Below are positions 38,790 through 52,999 of a DNA stretch of 64,000 bases, in pieces; the first letter of the stretch is position 1, and the number at the start of each line of letters is the position of its first letter. The notes below the pieces were generated by a model, which did no database searches, was not told the origin of the DNA, and saw only the letters and a list, made by a program, of their open reading frames with translations. The stretch comes from Kondoa subrosea (taxonomy: Eukaryota): positions 1,993,060 to 2,057,059 of the forward strand of contig BCIN01000003.1 in assembly GCA_039545335.1 (NCBI GenBank), written 5' to 3'. The position numbers were made by a program, and so were the translations under genes.

Positions 38790-40714
38790 TCATGATAATA
38801 AGTTACTGCAACACGCTTCTACATCAACTACTTCCTTTGATGCGTTCGCAGATAATACCACGTAATCATCTTTTCCTATTGCAACATCATCCTCAATCCG
38901 CACTGCCAGACCTTGGAAATGTTTTGGAAACCGGTCTTCAAAGGGTACACTTCCCTTACATGTCAGCATCATGTGATATGAGTGGAGGGAGAAGCTCACT
39001 AGACTGCTGGTTCTATTGTGATCACCATACCGGATTTAATCCTTATTACAGAAGTTAGCACTTCAACCGCACGGAGTCAAAATAGACAAACCTTTGATCC
39101 CTCTTGAAGGTCGTAGTATCATGTAAATCGATGCCCAAAGGATGACACAGGTAATGTGGGTACAGCTTCTCGATTTCGCCATAACCCAAATGAAAACCAA
39201 TTTGTTTCAGTTCTGTCTTGAGTAATCGAACGCTTTCATTATGGAGTGCATTCATTGTATGACCCAAATCTTCCGTACAAAGTTTGATGCATGCTTTATT
39301 GACGTTTAAAACTGCTGTATAAAGATCTTGTTGAGCTGAAGAGAATCGACCAGAGATAGGGAAAGTTCTAGTTATGTCTGATGCGTAGCCTGAATATTCG
39401 CATCCTGCATCAAGTAGAAGCATATCGTTTGATTGCAGTATTCGATCGTTGGAAGTGTAATGTAGAGTCAGACCTGAAGAACCTGAAGCGCAAACAGGTA
39501 CGTAGGCTGGTCGAGCTGATCCGAGTTGAGAGGTATGGTATTCGAAATGTGAGACTAGTTGGGATTCATTTAAACCAGGTCGTGCGAATTTCATGACCTT
39601 CCGCGTTTGTGAGATCGTGCCAGCTGGAGCATAATAGAAAGACTCACCTCAGCATGCGCATGTGCGCTGATATCGGCCGCCTTCTTCATACAAGCAATTT
39701 CCATTTCACTCTTGACGACTCGAAGCCTTTCCACTTCCTTCTTGAGTGATCTTGTCTTCGTTGCGTGTTTGCCATACAGACTGGAAATCACTGCTTCTCT
39801 GTCTCCTTTTCTCCTGCCTATCCCAAACAGATCTAAACTACTTGTTTGTGCAGTCTGAGTGAAGAAATCAATGATGTTCTTGCTAACTTTCCTCTGAGAA
39901 ATTCGAGATGATGGAATACTTGATTCTTCTTCTGGTACATCAACATAAATTGGACCTGTTTGAGTATGAGAGCCAAGGATGAGTCGGAGTTGATGAGCTA
40001 ATTCAGAGATATCGAAAGCTTCATCTGCGCCAAACACTTCTTTTGCTCCTTCTAAGCCTGTTCGGGGACCTTCCCATATTTCTCTATCCGGGTTCTTGGG
40101 TTGTACAAAGAGTTTCATCGAATACCCTCGTGAGGAAGAATTCTTCTCTACATAAGCCAATACCTTAGGGATGAGTAGAAAACAGAGTATTGAAGCGCAC
40201 GAAGAATAAGAGCAGCATCTGGTTCTTGAAAACCAGTCAAGTACCAGAAATCGGTAGCTTGACGAAATTTGTAACTACAGACATGAAAGCGAAAATGAAG
40301 CGGCAGACAATGAGACCAAGACACAAAAAGGAGAGCAAAATCAATGGAAGCTGACAAGATAGATTGAGACATGTATTGCATTCGAGCGCCGCAAGAAATC
40401 ACAACACTTCCAGCAGGTAACGGATCCATCAATTTCCTCCTTCTGCTTTCATATTCCGCGCTTGAAATGCCCGGAGTCAGTTCACCAGGCTTTAATAAAT
40501 GCGGATGCGTTGAAGGCAATGGCTGCCCATATCGGTGAGGCCAGATTGAAGTCGACTGCTCTGGAGCTTGCAAAGCTTGCGCAGGCGCTATTGTCGCATA
40601 GGTATTCGACAGTCTGGGTATACATTTACATCTCGCTTGCTTAGCAGTGCGTCTGGCAGTGCTCCTGATCGATTGAGCGACCGACATCAGAGTTGAAGAA
40701 AAAGAGCGGCTCAT
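38790..40714 (-). CDS. ICP55: Mitochondrial intermediate cleaving peptidase 55 / Xaa-Pro aminopeptidase (M24B)
   Basis: Presequence-like N-terminus, GQPLPSTHPHLLKPGELTPGIS, FRQATDFWYLTGFQEPD, LLDAGCEYSGYASDITRTFP, PHYLCHPLGIDLHD, VRIEDDV. The 3' end is approximate. Confidence 0.92.
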
Positions 40715-40938
40715 AACGCAACGGTCATGTTTGTACTGCTCCTCCGCTCGCTCGGTACCGCTGCATGATGTCCGCGCAGTCTCTTTGCAAGAATCTTAGC
40801 CTTGTGAAGCACCTTCGACTTCCTGCATGTTCCCAATATTTCTTCTTGGCCCAAGAAGGCTGCATGTGCTCGCGGAGCAGCTAGTGCTTGTATTTATGTC
40901 CGGCTGTCATGTTTCAGCGTTTTTAGCTTGTCTTCTCA

Positions 40939-40962
40939 CTCTCTCTCTCTCTCTCTCTCTCT
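40939..40962. repeat. (CT)n microsatellite immediately upstream of the UGT start
   Basis: Direct ctctct run in the sequence. Confidence 0.9.
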
Positions 40963-40975
40963 ATACAGTACCAAC

Positions 40976-42968
40976 ATGCAGCACCACTTCGTTTGCTTGC
41001 CTGCCCCTTTCTACTCTCATGCGATCACCATGGTACAGCTCAGTCATAGATTGTTGGCAGCTGATGAGAGCGAGTCTTGTAATCATCAGTATGAGTATGA
41101 CCTCATTACTTTGACCAGACTTGGTCGTCTCTATCTTTCTACACCCAGCGATGGCCAAATTTCTCGAAGGTGTACCTTCTAATGTCCCTCCAAACGTTCA
41201 AGAGCGCCTCTGCAAAATCTGCGTCGGGTCTTCTGCTTCATTCGAGGTCGATTCACCTTTACAGGTATTCAACGAGCTACTAGCTGGTTATGTGTCCAAG
41301 CTACCTGAGATAGGAAGCGCTAATGACTGACCTGAGCCAACCACTCTCATTGTAAGCCCTTTCACATCCAATTTTCACCTCAAAATCCGATCTATTGTTT
41401 GCACACAGGTCGACTTTCTGAGCGGCGGTCTATGCTTTGAGCAGACCCGAGCCATGAAGCCTGATTACAGAGTGCTCGCCGTGTGTAAGTCGAGATCTTG
41501 CCTAGACCCACAGCTTCATCTGACCTTGTAATTCAGTGCCTCAAAGTGCTGTCGCTACCGTAATGACCTTGGGAAAAACAAGTCAGGGCGGCAGTGGCGA
41601 ATTCATGGCTCACGCTCAAGCGATCTATGATGACGAGAAGTCTCGTAAAGGCAGAGAGCTGCACCAGATTATGGATGACGTGCGTTTGAACTATTGTCCT
41701 TGTCTTTTCTGTCCTTTGATTGACCTCCACAGTGCTGGATGGCGCACAATGGGACTGACGCATCTAACGGCACCGTTGTCACCCTGCCTGACTTGGGCGA
41801 AAGTTATGATTATGAAGTCCATGCGCAAGCTATGCCAGTCGTTCCAGGTGAGTCTGAATACTTTATTCGACTGTGCTCTCATTGATTGGCTTCTTCTGAT
41901 GAGGCACGACTACCTTGGTGGGCGTCTCTTGCAAGATGACCAACGAGCAAGCAAACGGTCTGATCCTCACCTCTGCGCCTGTCCACGACCCACAATCAGC
42001 TGCTTTAATGCGAAAGATCACAAGCGAGAGAAAGCAGGAGATTTATTTCGTCGGTTTGCAGTCTGACGAAGACGTCTGGCTGCAAAACTCGTCATTTGCT
42101 TCCGAAGATCCCGTCAAAGCCTTCTTGGATGAGCAGATGACCAAAACTGGCGAACGTTCGGTTTTATATATCTCCTTCGGGTATGTCAAATTCCCGGCTA
42201 CATCTTCTTCACTGATATTCAAAAACAGATCTCTCTTTTTTCCAGTACTGAAACCTGAGAACTTGCGCATCTTATTCGAAACCCTCGAAGAGATGGAATA
42301 CCCTTTCGTCTTAGCTCTCAATGGTCTCTTCACTGCTCTGCCAGAAGAAGTCACTTCAAAGATCAATGCTAGCAGACACGGTCTTGTTTGTCGAACTTGG
42401 GTCAATCAGACTGCTCTATTGCAACACGCGGCTATCGGTTTCTTTCTCTCTCACTGTGGTGCCAATTCAGCCAGCGAAGCCTTCTTGAGCGGCGTTCCTG
42501 TGATGTGAGCTCTGGTTCCAAGTTCATCGTAATTCTGCTGAATGCACTCGCATAGCGCATGGCCTTGCGGTGCTGAACAGTGTTAGTCCTCCTTTACAAT
42601 GCTCTGATGTTCGGTGTTTCATTCGCGCTTACTGGGATAGCTATCAATGCGGCTATTTACTCAACTACTGCAAAGCCAGTTGCTTTCGAGCTCACTCAGG
42701 TCAGTTTTCATTGATGTACAGCTCTACAATGATTTAATACTCCCTTCAGATCCGTATTGGTGCAAGCTGCGCTCCTGCTAGACGTGGAATCAATATCACT
42801 GGGACAGAGGAAGCAGTAAGAGCAGAGATGAAAGACATCTTGACCAAGTCTCGTAGACCTGAAGGTGAAGTTCTGCGAAAGAACGTGATCGCGCATCGGG
42901 AGGACTTGAAGAAGTATAAGAATATCGAGGGAAAGGCAGAACTAGAGCGATTAGCTAGATCTGGCTGA
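40976..42968 (+). CDS. UDP-glycosyltransferase, GT1 family
   Basis: N-terminal HFVCLPAPFYSHA (catalytic His position), SVLYISFGS, and PSPG-like box WVNQTALLQHAAIGFFLSHCGANSASEAFLSGVPVIAWP..AEQ. Confidence 0.9.
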
Positions 42969-43042
42969 ATAATCTATGATGAACGATTCGATTTCGGTAC
43001 TACCATTGCATCGTTGAATTCAGAATCCTGACTCGTTGATCA

Positions 43043-43920
43043 ATGGCAACGACGGCGCATTGCGCGTTGACGATCAGCTTGCGGAGCGAGTATTTTGTGC
43101 CTTCCAGCATGGGCCGGATTGCGCTGGCAAACCCAAACAACAAACATTGCGTGGCTTTGGGATTCAAACTAGCTGCTTCTTCAAATACCCCGTTCCAATT
43201 GCTCTACTTCACTATTCCCTTCTACTCAGAGTGCTACTCCTATGGCCTCAAATACGATACCAAACAAGCCCAAGCATGCTCTGAGAAGAGACTCGTCCGG
43301 CGCAATTCTAGTATACAAACATGCTGGCTTTCTTTTCTTACCTTATCGAATGCCTGGTGGCAGCTCTACCACTGTCCCGTTACCTTTAGATGCAGAAATG
43401 TAAGAGACGGTCAATAGCATTCTCAACGAGGCAATGGATTTGAGTTGGATTCAAGAGGATAAAGATTGGGTCAATCGGAATGAACAATGGTTACGATCAA
43501 CAAAGGATCAACTGAGGAGCTTGCAAGTCGATAAATTAGCCAGGGCATATGCGATACGTCAGCAAGAGAGATGGAACCCACATTGGCAAGCGAGACTTGA
43601 GACATTGCAAAGTTCGTTGTGCACCTTGCGACGGTATGACTATGCTTATTTGTCACTACTCCAGTTACTTCCCAGTGGCTGGAATACGCTACTCGTAAGT
43701 TGCGGATCTCTTTCTTTAGGGTTCTTCTGATGCATTTGCTGTAGGAGTGATTGATCGGGCATTAGCTCTAGCAGAGGAGGAAGCTTTAATCACTCAGCAC
43801 CAGGTCGCAAGGGCTAGAACCGAAACTGGCGATTCTATTGATAGTGATGCGCTGCCGTCTTCATCCCCAGGCTTGTTGTGTGGGTCTGGCTCAACAAAGA
43901 TGTTGCCTTCGGACCATTGA
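43043..43920 (+). CDS. Hypothetical protein
   Basis: Coding-like ORFs 43043-43417 and 43434-43730 with plausible introns. No recognisable motif, and the exon structure is uncertain. Confidence 0.4.
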
Positions 43921-44027
43921 TACCAGCAGATCAAAAGGAACGGATTGCTCGCTTCTCCTCTTGCTCCTGACCATCTCTGTACTTGATTTTCTCCCGTGCC
44001 ATCTTTCATCTATTCTCTACTCTTGAC

Positions 44028-44714
44028 ATGCCTGCCAGTAACGTCGAAGAACCAAAGAACCGCAAAAGAAGGGCTGTTCAAGCTGGTATCAAGAAGGTAT
44101 TTAACAGCATCGCAAATGCAGCTAGTCGAGTCGGCTCGGGCAATACTCGTTCAGAGCAGACAGTCTCTGGCCAGCATGCTAGAGATCTGGCTCAAGGTGG
44201 TCGATCTTCCCAGGTAAGAATTTCAATTCGGATCATTGTAAATTCCTCTGATTCTCTTCATTGCCCAGACTGCTCATCCGCAACTGCAACATTCGAATCA
44301 GGGAAGGACCTATGGTGATATGTCTTAGTAAGCTCTTGAGTCGTGCTTTCTATTGCAGTCAATAACGGATTCGTCGCTTTGTAGTCAAGCTGGGCACGTT
44401 CCGACGCGGCTTGCTAGCGGACACAGACAGACTGCTGTAGCATCTCCCCCTCAGCCACAACCTCCTCACTATTCCGATGCCCATAACATGCGAACGGCCG
44501 GTCACTTGGCAGACTTGACAGCTGAGCGGCAGCAGGGGCTCAAGACATGTTTTTACAGTTTCCTTATGCATATCGAACTCATTCGGAGACGGTAGCAAAA
44601 GAAAAGCTGGGACAATCGATTGTGTGTCCCTGTCCAGGTATCTTTGAACGCTTACTGATCTGTATTCTTTTAGCGGTGCGAATGCTCCGAAACTCCAAGG
44701 GCAGGAGCATTTAG
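44028..44714 (+). CDS. Hypothetical low-complexity protein
   Basis: MPASNVEEPKNRKRRAVQAGIKKVFNSIANAASRV followed by several canonical introns. Confidence 0.45.
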
Positions 44715-45048
44715 GTGAAAATCATCCTCATTAAATGTAAGTTGTCGAAGACGTCCCGTGTTCACTCGTCTCATGTTGTTGGAAGATCTAGGGAATTATC
44801 TATGCCTGTTTCATCAATCTACTATCAGCTATATTTGTTTGTGTTTGTACCACATCATCATATTTTGCAAATCATACATCCATGTTGCCCCATGATTTCA
44901 TAATTACCCAAAAAGAGTGACCATCAGGTAGCGATAGGACGATTGGCTGCGGCTGCCTAGCTATGAATTCTGATTTACCTCTGGTACTCTGTTTAAAACT
45001 TTAATAAGTTGAATGAGACTGTTCCTATTGCTACCACTTCAGCTAAAA

Positions 45049-46900
45049 ATGTCACCTGACGAGAAGCCAGACAGCGAGACTTTAGCCGCTGCTGTAGCTT
45101 CTACCTCTTCCCAGTGAGTCTCATATTTGTCAGCATATATTATGCATTGTTGATTTTCAAGATAAGCAGTGCGCTGGCTCAGACTGGTCAAATGCAACGT
45201 CAAAGCGATAGGCGGACACCTGATCAACCGCCTGCTAAACGAATCAAGACAGAACCCGTTACTAATGCAACTCCCAGACGAGGTAGAAGTGAAGCAGTTC
45301 AACCTGCGACTCCTAGGGTGGCTACTCCTGAATTAGAAGTCACTCCACGACGGAGGGAACCTTCTTCTGATCTGAGCGATATCGAGGAACCGCCAGAAGC
45401 TGCAGGGCAAGATTCAGATGACGAAGAAGATCAAGAAGAAGAGGACGACGAGATACTTGAGCAAGTCTATGATTGCTCCAGTCCGACTCAAGCACCACCT
45501 ACTGGAGGAGAATACTGTGTGGTCTATGATGCGCAATACAGAGAAGCATATGTGATAGTATTTTATCTCCCTCTTCCACATATGTCTTAGTGCTGAAGGA
45601 GTAGTTCTGCAGGCATTCAAGAAGTCCAAGGAGAAGAAGACAAAGCAGAAACTTCCTCTCTATAGATATAGCGTCAGCAGAAGAGAATGGGTAGATTTGA
45701 CCGTATGTATCTTGCTCAATGCTATTTGTGTTTACTCATCTTCGCTGACTAGGCTATGCTGAATCATATCACATCTTCTGGCGTCAGAGAACAAAAATTG
45801 ATACCCTTGGCTGATCTTGCGGAAATTGCACATCGACCGAGCGAGAAACGTAATGAACGTGGTTCACTATATGTAGTGATCGGCGATGAAAGTGAGAGCT
45901 TCCGTCTCAAACTGTCGTCGTGATGACCGAGTGATCTCTTAGCCGGCCCTATTGCAAAAAGTGTCCTGGTTATCGACCTTGAAGTGAATACCTGGCGAAA
46001 GCTCTCAACGGCCAAGAATGGTCAATTACCTGTGATGAACCAGCCTGGATTGATAGCAGACTTGGATGGCTCTCTATTAGTCTTTGGAGGAGTCGATGCA
46101 GCTATTGAGACCATCTACAAGACAGTATATCGCTACACCGATAAGAGCAACAAGGAGGGCAAGACTGGGTTGATTGGTAACACAGGCCATTTTGATCTCT
46201 CTTTGGGTCAAGCTTGCAAAGTAGTGCGAAGAACAGGTCAAACGGAAGAATTGCTAATACTTCCTGGTTCAGAAGGTGCTAAGCAGGTGAGCCAGTCAAT
46301 GGCTGTTTTCAGGTCCCGAGACTCACGATTGTGTCTCAGCTGATTGAGCCCAACGCTTTCAGCGTGGTGAAGTACGACACTTCCAGAAAAGTCTTTAGCG
46401 CTTTACAAGATTCAGCAACCAAACCACCTCGACCTCACGAAACCAAACGGTTCGCTTTTGCCAATGCGGAAGAAGTTATTCTGTTTTGCTTTGCACCTCT
46501 CAAAAAAGATATAGAGTATGGCGATAATCGAAGCTATCTCTCTCAAGCTGAAATTGTTTTGTCACTAGACAAAGCCTTCTCCGATCTGCTAGAAAAAGCT
46601 GCAGAAGCTTTCGACTTCTGCCTCTATGAAGCAGCGGATAAATCTAGAGGCATCAAAGAGCGGTTCTTCTTCTTCGATACAAAAGCTAATGCGAAAGGGC
46701 AACCAAGAAGTGAGTGACTACTTGCTTGTCAATGGCTGAAGGCAGCTGAAAGACTGCATAGTCGATAAAGTGTATGAGATAACGGTAAGCTATCTATCTC
46801 CTGCTACCTCAGTGATTCTTCAGTACTGACTGTCTCTAGGGTCGACCTCAATGAGTTCAAATCAGATTGTAGGAAATCAAGGCAGGTTGTAATACGGTAG
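45049..46900 (+). CDS. Hypothetical protein with disordered acidic N-terminus and Kelch-like beta-propeller region
   Basis: PPAKRIK (NLS-like), acidic tract, LYRYSVSRREWVDLT, VIDLEVNTWRKL, GSLLVFGGVD..VYRY (GG...Y/W Kelch-like spacing). Confidence 0.55.
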
Positions 46901-47190
46901 TTCAGTTCTGCAGGGTGTAATAGTAGCGTTGTATAAGCTGACTGAATCTTCGACACCTTAGACGAGTTTCGCGTCGCCTTGTTTTCCTCATACAATGTCT
47001 CATCGCGACTGAACATAACGCATGTGACAGTCTCTGTCCTTGCAATGTACCAGCTAAGACGCTGTACGGCTTTGAATAGTCGAACAAATCAAGCGAAGCT
47101 TCAATCTTCCACTTGCACAAAGGAAGCGCCCTCTCGCGCACTTTCTCTGCTGCTCTTGAGCCCAGCCTAACATCAAGAGACTCTCCTTGA

Positions 47191-48692
47191 ATGACTACTC
47201 ACCTACCAGCCCATCCCTATCTGACTGGTTCAGATCACTTGGTCCTGGAGAATCTGTTCAGAGACATAGATACACCTGAGAAGACTGACAATGCTTCTAC
47301 TATACGCACTCTTTCAAGTCTCAACGACTCTAGCTGTCCAGAATTCGAGCCGACAGTAGCTACAACCTGGGATCTGCCAGCATTGCAAGCGAACCCATAC
47401 TTCAGCAAACACTTCTTGCAACCTTACATCCGTTTCGTTCAAGCCAAGATAGTTCGACATCCTACAGATGTAGTCTTTGCTACACATCTTTGCCTTATCT
47501 TGTGTACTTCTCTCCCTTCAGCAATATGGATGTTTCGTCATTTCACCTATCTGCATGGTATCGCTCACGTGATCTGGACATTCTGGTGTATGGGTGCCTA
47601 CACACTACTTCTCCATAACCATATACATCAAAACGGTTTACTCAATCGAAATCTCGCTTGGCTGGACCAAGCGTTCCCTTATATTGTTTCACCCTTGATG
47701 GGTCATACCTGGCATTCATACTATTATCATGTCAGTCTGCTCGTATTAGTGTATTCTATTGCCTCACGCTGTTCAACTCAGCACGTCAAAATGCATCATT
47801 GCGAGGGCAACGGTCCGGATGATCTTTCGAGGTAGATTTTACAGCCTTCCATTAACCGCGCAACTTAGTTGTTGATAGCACAATACGATATCAACGCGAT
47901 TCGATCGCAGATCTCTGCAAATACGTTGGCAAGTTTCTTGTCATAGGCGCTTTCGAACTTCCACTCTACTTTATCCGAAAGAATCGACCTCGCTTAGCTT
48001 TAGAAACCATCTTCTTCGAATCAGCTAATCTCTTCTCCATCTATCTATTCTCACGAATGAATTTCAAAGCCGCTTTGTTTGTCTTCATGATCCCACTTGG
48101 ACTGTTAAGGATTGGGTTGATGTTGGGTAATTGGGGCCAACATGCTTTGGTTGATGAGCTTGAACCTGAATCGGATCTGAGGTCGAGTATTACACTGATC
48201 GATGTGGCTGTGAGTCATTGCCCTGCTGCATCCAGTATCCGAGCTGACGTAAAAGCAGAGTAATCGCTTTTGTTTCAATGAGTGAGTCAGTACCATGTAT
48301 CCATGTGCAGCTGCTAATGCTATCCAGCGGCTATCATACTTCGCATCGTGAGTTGGATTACTCGGATTCCAGCATCCTGCTGATACGTGTTTTTCATCAT
48401 CACAGACCTCAACAGCCGTCGACATTGGAGGGAACATCCAGTCCATTTCATTTCTTCCAAAGCGACTTACGCCAAAGAAAGAGCTCTGGTCTTCCACAAT
48501 ATCGATTACCTAGAACTGACCTATCGATTAATGCGGCACGATTATGCTCATCTAGCTCGATGCATGGTACCGATCGGTGAACAGATAGGCATGTCACTTG
48601 AAGAGATTGCGGTCATGTTACGTAGCAAGACAAGGAAATTTAGTGAAGAAGAGATCAAGGCGAAGTTTGGGAAGGGGCATCATACCAAATAG
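47191..48692 (+). CDS. Membrane fatty-acid desaturase-superfamily protein (uncharacterised type)
   Basis: His boxes LLHNHIH, HHVKMHH and GYHTSHH(LNSRRHW); also GNWGQHAL and hydrophobic segments. Confidence 0.85.
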
Positions 48693-48882
48693 AGCAGCAA
48701 TCATAGAGTTGTGAACTTAGAACGGACATTCAAGCAGCATTCAGCACCCTTAAGTTATGAAATAGCATACTATAGAAACATCAAACGAAACGACGAGTGA
48801 CCAAAAGATAGCCTGATACGTATGAGTCTGACAGAATACAAAACAGCTCTCCTCAATCTTGATATCTACTAAGCAGCATCTT

Positions 48883-50753
48883 TTATGAAGAGACTGGGTT
48901 GACTTGCTGTGAGTTCTGCACGGAGAAAGAAGCACGCATGCTTCGAAGACTGTTTCCTTGTTGCTGTTGCTGTTGTTGTTGACCTTGACCTTGACCGGCC
49001 TGTCCTTGGAAAGCGCGATCTTGATTGTCCAGACCAGCATTTGAGCCACGAGGAGTACTATTGTTTGCGACGGAAGAACCGTATTGATGTTCAGCGCGAC
49101 GTTGCAGAATATCGACGCAGCTGCCGAGAAGGCGGTTGAAGGCGTCGATACCGAGAGTAGCAACACGCAAACGTCCAGCTCCTCTTGCGGCTCTGACTGT
49201 AGCAGCTCTTGGTGCAGAATTGAGCAAAGCCAGTTCTGCTCAATGACATCAGATTCAAGCTCCGGTGGGATGCAGAAAATAGGCACTCACCACCAAAGTA
49301 ATCTCCTCTGCCAAGCATACTGACTCTTTCTTCCTCTCCTCGACCGCCTCTCCTTTTGGTGACTTCCGCTTGACCGCTTTCAATAATGTAGAAGTTCTTT
49401 CCCACTTCGCCTTCAACAACGACCGCTTCCCCTTCTTCATAAACCTTTTCTTCCAAAGCATCCGCAATCTTTGCTCTTTCTTGAGGTTGCAAGCTGACCA
49501 AGATACCAACTTCAGCTAAAAAGACTTCATACATTTTCCTTTTCCTAGAAGTATGTTCCATCAAGATGCTTCTGAATGTAACTCTATCCAAAGCCCATAA
49601 AGTAGATTGAGGAGCAACAGCTACAACTGTCGCTGCTCTAGGTGCATTGTACATGAGTGCCAATTCACCAAACGAACCACCACTTTCAATCTTGGCAACC
49701 ATTTTAGCAGGTTGAGATTGAGAAGTTACAGAGGAAGATTTGGTTATTGGATCGTAAGAATGTGATTGAGGTGGTTTCACCCAAACTTCAAAGGATCCAC
49801 TTTCGACAACGTAAAAGAAATCACCAACTGCTCCTTGAACAATTACTTGAGTTCCTTGTGGTACTCTAACTTCTTTCATAGCGTTCAAAACATCGTTATG
49901 TTGATCTTCATCCAAGTTCCGGAAGAGTAAATTGTTCTTGATTGAAGTTTCGATTCTTTGCCTTTGAGAAGAAGATTTTGGAATAATGGTTTTTGGTAAA
50001 TCTGAAGTAGTGGATGGATCTAGTGATTCAGCAGAAACGGAAGTTCTTCTACCTAGATTGTAACCGACTGGAATACCGATCGGAGAAGCAGCGGTATTGG
50101 ACGATTGAGTACCAGAAGAAGTAAGAGGTTTATCGCGAGGATCTTCAACTTCTTCTTCGTCTGATTCTTGAGCTTTGATATTGCTGCGAGAAGAAGAAGT
50201 TCTTAAGGGAGATCTCAATTGACCTGAATTGGAAGTCTGATGACCTGTTCGAACGGGAGCGGTTTGAGGTACACCAGGATAAGAGGATCCGCGTTCTTCA
50301 TCTGTTGGAGGGGTTTCAGAGTAAGGAGAAGGCATAGAATCAGGGTTTGATAAGTGAGAGGGCAAAGCAAAAGGAGTGCTGGCATTGGCACCACCGAAGC
50401 TGTAGCCTTTCCCAACCATGGAAGGAGTTGAAGTCTTCTTCTTGATCGGTGGTCTGCCCAACGGTGAGACAGGATTACCAAAGGTTGAAGCTTGAGGTGA
50501 AGTAGGTCGAGAGGAAGAACCTAAACCAGCAGAATTGGGAGGAGTCAAGCCAAGAGCTTCCCTTCGTTGTTCCTCGAGTTTGCCATTGAACTGTCAACCA
50601 GAAAGTTGAACACTCGAGCTACACGAGATTCAAAAGCAATGGACTGACCCAATTCGCGCAGAATTGCCAAACATCCCGAGGTTTCGCTTTAGTGACTTCA
50701 CGATTGAGCTCGTTTAAGATGAGTGAATAGGTATCTGCATAAGACTGAGCCAT
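48883..50753 (-). CDS. BCY1: cAMP-dependent protein kinase regulatory subunit
   Basis: N-terminal D/D domain (LNELNREVTKAKPRDVWQFCANWF), inhibitory RRTSVSAES, and two cNMP domains (FGELALMYNAPRAATV; FGELA..LNSAPRAATV). Confidence 0.96.
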
Positions 50754-51121
50754 TGCTACTTGAGACTGCTTTGTAGGTGCGACACAAGCTTGACAGTCCA
50801 AGAGAGAGAGAAGAGAGATTTGATATTCGAGTCTTTGTTTGTATCGCGCGAATTGGAGTTGAAGATGAAAAGCGACGAGCAGTTTTGGTCAGACCCGCTG
50901 ATAGCTGCTCTTGACTTAATGCAGGCCCGGCAAGTTTGCCTATCGAATGAAATGGCAAGTTGAAAGTTGGCAGAAAGAGAAGACTCCGGATTTGGTGAGA
51001 AGACGCGAAATGTGTCACGCTGGCTTCAGCCACCACTTCTGGCAGTGCATGCTTCATGAATTGTGTGCGCTCTAATGATATATGCTACTCTACATTCCTT
51101 TCCTTTCTTGGTCCTGGCATT

Positions 51122-52909
51122 TCAATCTTTATGAGTTGCACTGAATCTTTGATTTTTGAAGCCTGCTCTTCTCATCCATACATGAGCCACATATCTACAC
51201 TCTCATCAGCTCTTATCCAGTTTATACAGACACGAAGAGAAACTCACCCAGGTCTTCTTAAACTCGTTACAGCCATGATTGAGAAAGTCAACAAGACCAA
51301 ACTACCCGCTTGATGTAAACTTGCCAAAGTAGTAGGTACCATATATATCAGTGTTGAGATACCCAAAGTAGCTTGAATACTAGCCATAGCCGCAATTTCC
51401 CTAACATGCCTTAACGCTTTCCTAGGTATACCCGATCGGATCTTGCCTGCATAGAAAGCTAATGCTAAGGCCGAAGTGAAAGTAGTCATTGCTAGTACTC
51501 GATGATCAAATTGAACAGTTGTTGGGTTCTCGAAAATGTTGCGGCGAATCAAATCGGATTGATCTGGTCGACGAGCGTAAGATGGGTCGTACATTTCTGA
51601 AGTTGGTGGTATGATCCGATTGCCCATGTATGGGAACTCGTTGTAGACTAGACCAGCGTCCAGACCCGCGACGAAGGCACCTGTGAATCACGCTGCACTT
51701 CATAACCTGGTATTGGTTGCGAAGAGCCCGAACCGACCAGAAACAGCAGTCAAGAACACTAGAGCAGTCATACCCGTAGCCAACATCCTCAGTCTTCCAG
51801 CAGTACGAGAGTGCAATACTCGAACAGCATCTTGCACGGTCGGTAATCCACTAATTCCCTTTTTGAGTTTCGCAATCCTCCAATCTTGCAAGATAGCTTG
51901 AGCATTCCTTATTGTCAAAGCGTAAACAGCGAAAGCCATGCCCAAATGTGCTGCTAAGCGATATTGGGACACTCGAGGGATTCCAGATGGGTTCGCTTCA
52001 GCTAAAGCTTCTTGCGTGAGACCTGATTTGACCATATACCATCCCAAAGCGCCTTGTGAGCCGATCAAAGTAGCGATAATGAGGAGTTGTCGACCAGTCG
52101 GACGAGAGATCATTCGCTTGTAGGCGAAGAACGGGATAGGCACTGTCCGATGACATCAATCACATAAGCGAAATGAATCCGCATATGTATTGCTTCAACG
52201 CACGGAGGAAAGCTAGACCGATCATTCGACCTAAAAGACGGTGACCGTATTCCATGAGATAGATGTTCTTAAATTCAGACATGGTAATGTTCTTGTTCAG
52301 CCTGTACCCAAGCAATACTCTCTGAACCAAAATCAATGGTAAAAGAAACAGCCAAACGCACAATCTTCCTTCAGGACTTAGTCTATATTTCCTAAGTTCT
52401 TCTATCCAATCTTCTTCATTCAGAGGCGGTAATGTGCCAGTAACCAAGTTCCATTCCGTTATACTCAATCCACTCTCCGTCAACCTAGTCAATCCGCCGA
52501 TGACAACAATAGCAAAGACCATAATCGCGATACCGATCAGATAGTACGCCACTATTGGATGGGTTAGCGTTGGTAGAGGAGGTAAATTGGATATTGGTAT
52601 AGGCGCTTCATTCGGTGTTGCTAATGTGGCGGCTGAAGATCTTGTAGGTGCGGAAGTGAAAGAACGAGCGAAATAGTTTGATGGAAAGCTTGTAAGGCTA
52701 GACTTGGTGAAATTTGATCGAGTCAAGGAGAGAATAGAAGAATGAGAATGAAAATAAGTCGAATGCAGTGATGAAGAAGGGCCAGCTGAAGAGGAAAGCC
52801 ATGGGATCGTTCGTTTGAAAGGTATAGTCGAAGCAGCCCTACGACTGCTAAGGGGTATCAAGCATCTGCTGCAGCTATTCAGACTGCTCAAAGGCAGGAA
52901 CAGACTCAT
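51122..52909 (-). CDS. COX15: Heme A synthase
   Basis: GGLTRLTESGLSITEW, EYGHRLLGR, GALGWYMVKSGL, RVSQYRLAAHL, VQFDHRVLA, LASLHQAGS. Confidence 0.97.
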
Positions 52910-52999
52910 TCACAGGCGTTTACAAGACACTTCCGATGGCCGTACTGAAAGATCAAGGAAATCTTGAAATTATGCGAATGGAGTCAACACGAAGCCACG

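Noticed and set aside
48950..49000. (CAA/CAG)n tract
   Set aside because: Ordinary poly-Gln tail of the PKA regulatory subunit.
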